Origin: an uncultured Chitinophagaceae bacterium
Lineage (GTDB): Bacteria; Bacteroidota; Bacteroidia; Chitinophagales; LD1
Assembly (NCBI GenBank): GCA_964552715.1
Contig: CAZKHZ010000001.1
Span: 1-51,211 of the forward strand
Direction of reading: 5' to 3'
Length of the DNA stretch: 51,211 bases
Shown here piece after piece: positions 47,665-51,211 of the stretch. Every line of letters starts with the position of its first letter. Position 1 is the first letter of the stretch. The position numbers and the translations under genes were made by a program. Under the pieces are notes generated by a model. It did no database searches. It was not told the DNA's origin and worked only from the letters and a program-made list of their open reading frames with translations.

Positions 47665-50142
47665 ATGCGTAAGACAATTTTCTTCTGCACACTAATATTG
47701 GCAGTTTGCTCGGTAACATTTGGACAGAGCAAAGACAAAGGCAAGGACAAACCTGCCAAAGAAGCTACAAAAAAAGAAGCAAAACCTGCCAAAGAAGCTA
47801 CAAAAAAGGAAGCACAACCTGCTGCCGAAAAAGTAGATGTAAAAAAGGCTGAAAAGAGCGATCCAAAGCCTAAGTCTAAAGACAAAAACAAAACAGAAAA
47901 GCGCACCGTAAGTGTAAAGCGTTATCTTAAATTAGGCGACCGCTTCTTTGCAGAGTCTTCTTATTACACAGCCGCAGAATACTATAAAGAAGTAGTGCGC
48001 GAGAACCCTGAAAACAGATATGCTAACTATTGGTTGGGTGTAAGTTTGCTTTACTCAAGAGATTATGAGCGTGCTGAAACTTTCTTTGAAAAGTTTGGTA
48101 GCATCAAGGCAGGCGAAAAAGACAACGCAAAAAAATGGGCAGAGGAAGACCAAAAATTGTTTGATAAATACAATTACTTCTATGGCGAGGCATTGCACCG
48201 CAATGGAAAGTTCGAGCAAGCTATTCAAAAGTATAATCGTTTTAAAGGAGAGTACAATAGAGACGATAAAGAAAAATGGGTGAAGTTGGCAAATGCTGGT
48301 GTTAAAGGTGCCGAATATGCACAAAGTGCACCAACAGCTAAAATCAAAGCGAAACTTTTGAACAATTTGGTAAATCGTTCTTACAACGAGTTGTCTCCAG
48401 TTGCAGGCGACAATGGTGTACTTTACTTTTCTTCTTTGCCATCTGATACTTTGATTTTTGAAAACAAAAAGAAAACACGCCCTGAGTATAAAATTTACAC
48501 AGCATCTTTAGTTGATGGCGATTGGGGTAAACCTGCATTGATTAAAAATGATGACATGAATACAGCTAAGTATGATGTTGGAAATGGTTCGTTCAATGCT
48601 GATAAATCTCGTTTTTATTTCACTAAGTGTTTGGAAATGGAAGATGCACGTTCTTTGTGCAATATCTTCGTTGCAAATGTAAAAGTTGGTAAATTCAGCA
48701 ATGTGCAAAGATTGTTGGAACCTATTAATGCTAAAGAACAATACACTAGCACACATCCAACAGTTCGCACAGGTGCTGATGGAAGAGAGATTGTTTATTT
48801 TGCCAGCGACCGCACCGATGGAAAAGGCGGCTTAGATATTTGGTTCACCAGTCGTATCGGTAATGGCGAATACACTGCACCTAAGTTAGTTGGTGGTCCT
48901 ATAAACTCTGCTGGTGATGAAGTAACTCCTTTTTGGGATGCTACTAACAATACTTTGTATTTTTCCTCTAATGGACACCCTGGCATTGGCGGATTTGATG
49001 TGTTTGCTTCTGCCGAAAAACCAGATTACGGTTGGGAAGAGCCTCGCAACTTGGGCAAATCTCTAAACACAGGTTATGATGAATTGTATTACAATGTTGT
49101 AGCAGACCAAAGTGGTGGATTCTTTACATCAAACAGACCGGGTAACAGAAAATTGAATAGCATCGAAAGTGCTTCTGATGACATTTATAAATGGGAGCTT
49201 TTCAACTATGCTGTTGAAGGTTTTGCTTTTAAAGATGGCGAACAGGATGCTGGTTCATTGGAAGGTGCGCAGTTCAAATTGTATAAGAAAGCTGCCGATG
49301 GCACAAGAGAGCTGATTTCAGTTGATACTACTTCACCTGCTGGTCAGTACTTCTTTAAATTGAAGCCTGATGAGGATTATGAAGTAGAGGTAATTCGCCC
49401 AGGTTTCAAAGCTACGGTTGAAGCTATTTCAACACGAGATTTGCCTATGGAAGACACCATCAACAAAAATATCGGTGTACGTAAATCGGCTTATGTTTCT
49501 TACGGTTCGGTATCTGAAGAAGGTAAGCCTGATGTGAAGTTGGATGATGTAATTTACACAGTAATTGAATTGAGCGGCAGTGGAGTTCAACGCACTATTG
49601 CAAATGGTAAAACCGAAAAGAATCAAACAAACTATGCTGTTGATTTAGATCGCGATAAGGACTATAAAGTTGTTTTCCGTAAAAATGGATACTTCTCTAA
49701 AACAATGCAGATTTCAACCAAAGGTTTAGGCAACAGAGATTCAGTTTTGAATAATGTAACCTTAACTAAATTAGAGTTGAACAAAGATTACACATTGAAA
49801 AATGTATTGTATGAATTTGGTAAAGCAACGCTTACAGAATCTTCAAAAGAAGTATTGGACACCTTGCACGCCATATTGGTTGAAAACCCAACTTTCGTTA
49901 TTGAGTTGAGCTCTCACACCGATGCCATTGGTTCGGATGCAGCTAACCAAAAACTGTCTCAAGACCGTGCCGAAAGTTGTGTTGCTTACTTAATTACTAA
50001 AGGAATTGCAAAAGATAGAATGGTGCCTAAAGGCTATGGAGAAACCAAACCAAAAGCACCAAACCAAACAGACGAAGGCAAAGACAATCCTGAAGGACGT
50101 GCGCTAAACAGACGTACAGAATTCAAAATCTTGAAGAGCTAA
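47665..50142 (+). CDS. OmpA-family protein with Lys-rich linker, TPR, TolB-like (PD40) beta-propeller repeats and C-terminal OmpA/peptidoglycan-binding domain
   Basis: It has a signal peptide and KPAKEATKKEA repeats. TPR-like helices are present (YYTAAEYYKEV..., YANYWLGVSL...). PD40-like segments include ELSPVAGDNGVLYFSS, THPTVRTGADGREIVYFASDR and GDEVTPFWDATNNTLYFSSN. The C-terminus is NVLYEFGKATL...LSSHTDAIGSDAANQKLSQDRAESC...NRRTEFKIL. Confidence 0.88.
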   Translation: MRKTIFFCTLILAVCSVTFGQSKDKGKDKPAKEATKKEAKPAKEATKKEAQPAAEKVDVKKAEKSDPKPKSKDKNKTEKRTVSVKRYLKLGDRFFAESSYYTAAEYYKEVVRENPENRYANYWLGVSLLYSRDYERAETFFEKFGSIKAGEKDNAKKWAEEDQKLFDKYNYFYGEALHRNGKFEQAIQKYNRFKGEYNRDDKEKWVKLANAGVKGAEYAQSAPTAKIKAKLLNNLVNRSYNELSPVAGDNGVLYFSSLPSDTLIFENKKKTRPEYKIYTASLVDGDWGKPALIKNDDMNTAKYDVGNGSFNADKSRFYFTKCLEMEDARSLCNIFVANVKVGKFSNVQRLLEPINAKEQYTSTHPTVRTGADGREIVYFASDRTDGKGGLDIWFTSRIGNGEYTAPKLVGGPINSAGDEVTPFWDATNNTLYFSSNGHPGIGGFDVFASAEKPDYGWEEPRNLGKSLNTGYDELYYNVVADQSGGFFTSNRPGNRKLNSIESASDDIYKWELFNYAVEGFAFKDGEQDAGSLEGAQFKLYKKAADGTRELISVDTTSPAGQYFFKLKPDEDYEVEVIRPGFKATVEAISTRDLPMEDTINKNIGVRKSAYVSYGSVSEEGKPDVKLDDVIYTVIELSGSGVQRTIANGKTEKNQTNYAVDLDRDKDYKVVFRKNGYFSKTMQISTKGLGNRDSVLNNVTLTKLELNKDYTLKNVLYEFGKATLTESSKEVLDTLHAILVENPTFVIELSSHTDAIGSDAANQKLSQDRAESCVAYLITKGIAKDRMVPKGYGETKPKAPNQTDEGKDNPEGRALNRRTEFKILKS
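47749..47826 (+). repeat. 33-bp in-frame tandem repeat (2.4 copies) encoding KPAKEATKKEA
   Basis: AAACCTGCCAAAGAAGCTACAAAAAAAGAAGCA (47749..47781) repeats at 47782..47814 with one substitution. A partial third copy CAACCTGCTGCC follows. Confidence 0.9.
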
Positions 50143-50164
50143 AACGTTTTAAAGAAAACATATC

Positions 50165-50197
50165 AAAAGGCGAGATTTTTCTCGCCTTTTGTTTTTT
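50165..50197 (+). terminator. Rho-independent terminator after the OmpA-family gene
   Basis: AAAAGGCGAGA-TTTT-TCTCGCCTTTT is followed by GTTTTTT. Confidence 0.8.
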
Positions 50198-50203
50198 ATA
50201 ATA

Positions 50204-50728
50204 ATGACTTCACCAATATTAATTGCAGTAACCGGACCGGAAAGCACAGGCAAAAGCCAACTTTGTGAAGCCTTGGCTGTGCATTACAACACGGTGTTTG
50301 TGCCCGAGCAAGCTCGGGCTTACTTAGAGCAATTGGGCAGCAAATGGCAGTATGAAGACGTGCTGCAAATTGCCCGCTTGCAGCAAGCTGCAATAGAAGC
50401 AGCCCTATATACCAAACACAAAGTGGTGTTTTGCGACACCGAGCTGATTGCCATAAAAGTGTGGTTACAGTTTTATGGCTTGCACTGCCCGCAGTGGGTA
50501 GAGGATTCCATTGATAATGCAAATATCAAACACTACCTTTTGATGAATATAGACCTGCCTTGGGCAAGCGACCCGCTAAGAGAAAACCCTGACCCTGCCG
50601 ACAGAGCAACGCTGTTTAATAGTTTTGTTACAGAACTACAGCAACACCAAAAGCCTTATTCTATTATCTCTGGTAGCGAAACAGCTCGCCTGAGAAATGC
50701 CATTAGCGTGGTGGATGATTTGGTTTAG
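50204..50728 (+). CDS. NadR-type AAA ATPase / ribosylnicotinamide kinase-like protein
   Basis: The preferred start is MTSPILIAVTGPESTGKSQLCEAL (Walker A). VFVPEQARAYLE and the size (~175 aa) resemble the kinase domain of NadR. The assignment is from memory. Confidence 0.55.
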   Translation: MTSPILIAVTGPESTGKSQLCEALAVHYNTVFVPEQARAYLEQLGSKWQYEDVLQIARLQQAAIEAALYTKHKVVFCDTELIAIKVWLQFYGLHCPQWVEDSIDNANIKHYLLMNIDLPWASDPLRENPDPADRATLFNSFVTELQQHQKPYSIISGSETARLRNAISVVDDLV

Positions 50729-50828
50729 TTTTTGATATTGCTGAATAACATCCGCAAGCGAGGCGATTGCTGTGAAGAGATTGGTGTGAAGGGAGACATT
50801 GGGGCTAAGGAGATTTGGCGATTTCCCT

Positions 50829-51156
50829 GCTTGCCGATAGGCAAGCAAGCACTAAACTGTCTGCCATCACTCCCGATAGCTATCGGTATCATTTGATTAC
50901 TGAACCGCCAATTTTTTGTAGGTGCTGTTACAAGCTGGCTTTCTGTCCACCGTCATTGTCAAGTCGCTGTGAGTAAAGGTTTTCGCTGTTTCTGTCAAAC
51001 TGTTGATGTGTCGGTTGTGGGTGGCGAAAAAATAAAACACCGTAGGGTGGGATAAAAAAATTGAATTTCTTTTTGGGTTGCCGAAAAGCACACTCTTTTG
51101 TCCCGCAATTTGCGGGATGCGGCTTGCAAATGTGTGTGTCCCGAAAGCTTTCGGGA
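50829..51156. repeat. cluster of four short GC-clamped palindromic hairpins (REP-like)
   Basis: The four elements are GCTTGCC-GATA-GGCAAGC (50829..50846), CCGATAGCTATCGG (50873..50886), TCCCGCAATTTGCGGGA (51101..51117) and TCCCGAAAGCTTTCGGGA (51139..51156). The last two share the flanks TGTCCCG...CGGGATG. Confidence 0.75.
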
Positions 51157-51211
51157 TGGGTAGGCTTCTCATGCTAATAGTTTCTCCAATTTCGTTTTCC
51201 ATTTTACCCAG

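Noticed and set aside
47604-47906. The 100-aa minus-strand ORF.
   Set aside because: It is antisense to the Lys-rich repeat region of the OmpA-family gene. Its Phe/Ser/Leu-rich sequence is simply the complement of AAA/GAA-rich codons.
50897-51202. The 101-aa minus-strand ORF at the window end.
   Set aside because: It has no motif, and it runs through four palindromic hairpins and a low-complexity stretch. It is most likely non-coding.

Overview
This window looks like a chromosomal segment of a Bacteroidota bacterium. The evidence is the Bacteroidota-type sdhCAB operon, glutamine synthetase type III, a tmRNA with the tag GESNYAMAA, PorP/SprF genes, and five proteins with type IX secretion (T9SS) C-terminal sorting domains. 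I cannot place it more precisely from sequence alone. Gene order is as follows. (1) sdhC (3' end)-sdhA-sdhB, an HTH-Fic protein and a TonB-dependent receptor. (2) A TerC-family protein, a DUF899-like gene interrupted by one in-frame TGA, and a CAP-domain protein. (3) A 1915-aa SprB-repeat T9SS type-B cargo and a PNGase-F-like T9SS type-A cargo. (4) A lipid-modification/export set: a C45-family hydrolase, a CrtI-like flavoprotein and a trifunctional MMPL/acyltransferase/methyltransferase. This set is split by an AT-rich cassette made of an XRE regulator, a 13-copy 21-bp-phased repeat array and an Fn3-like protein. (5) GS-III, glpD, a cysteine-free tandem rhodanese-like protein and two ArsR regulators. 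(6) tRNA-Arg(CCG) and tmRNA. (7) A second giant SprB-repeat type-B cargo (1985 aa), followed by PorP/SprF, an MsbA-like ABC exporter, an FG-GAP/VCBS type-A cargo, a second PorP/SprF, and a TPR/beta-propeller/OmpA protein. (8) A NadR-type kinase and a cluster of small GC-clamped palindromes. I recognised no integrase, transposase, CRISPR array or known defence system. The feature least explained by ordinary annotation is the exactly phased repeat array at 21.7-22.0 kb and the small cassette around it. All calls come from reading the sequence and ORF translations, and no database search was possible.
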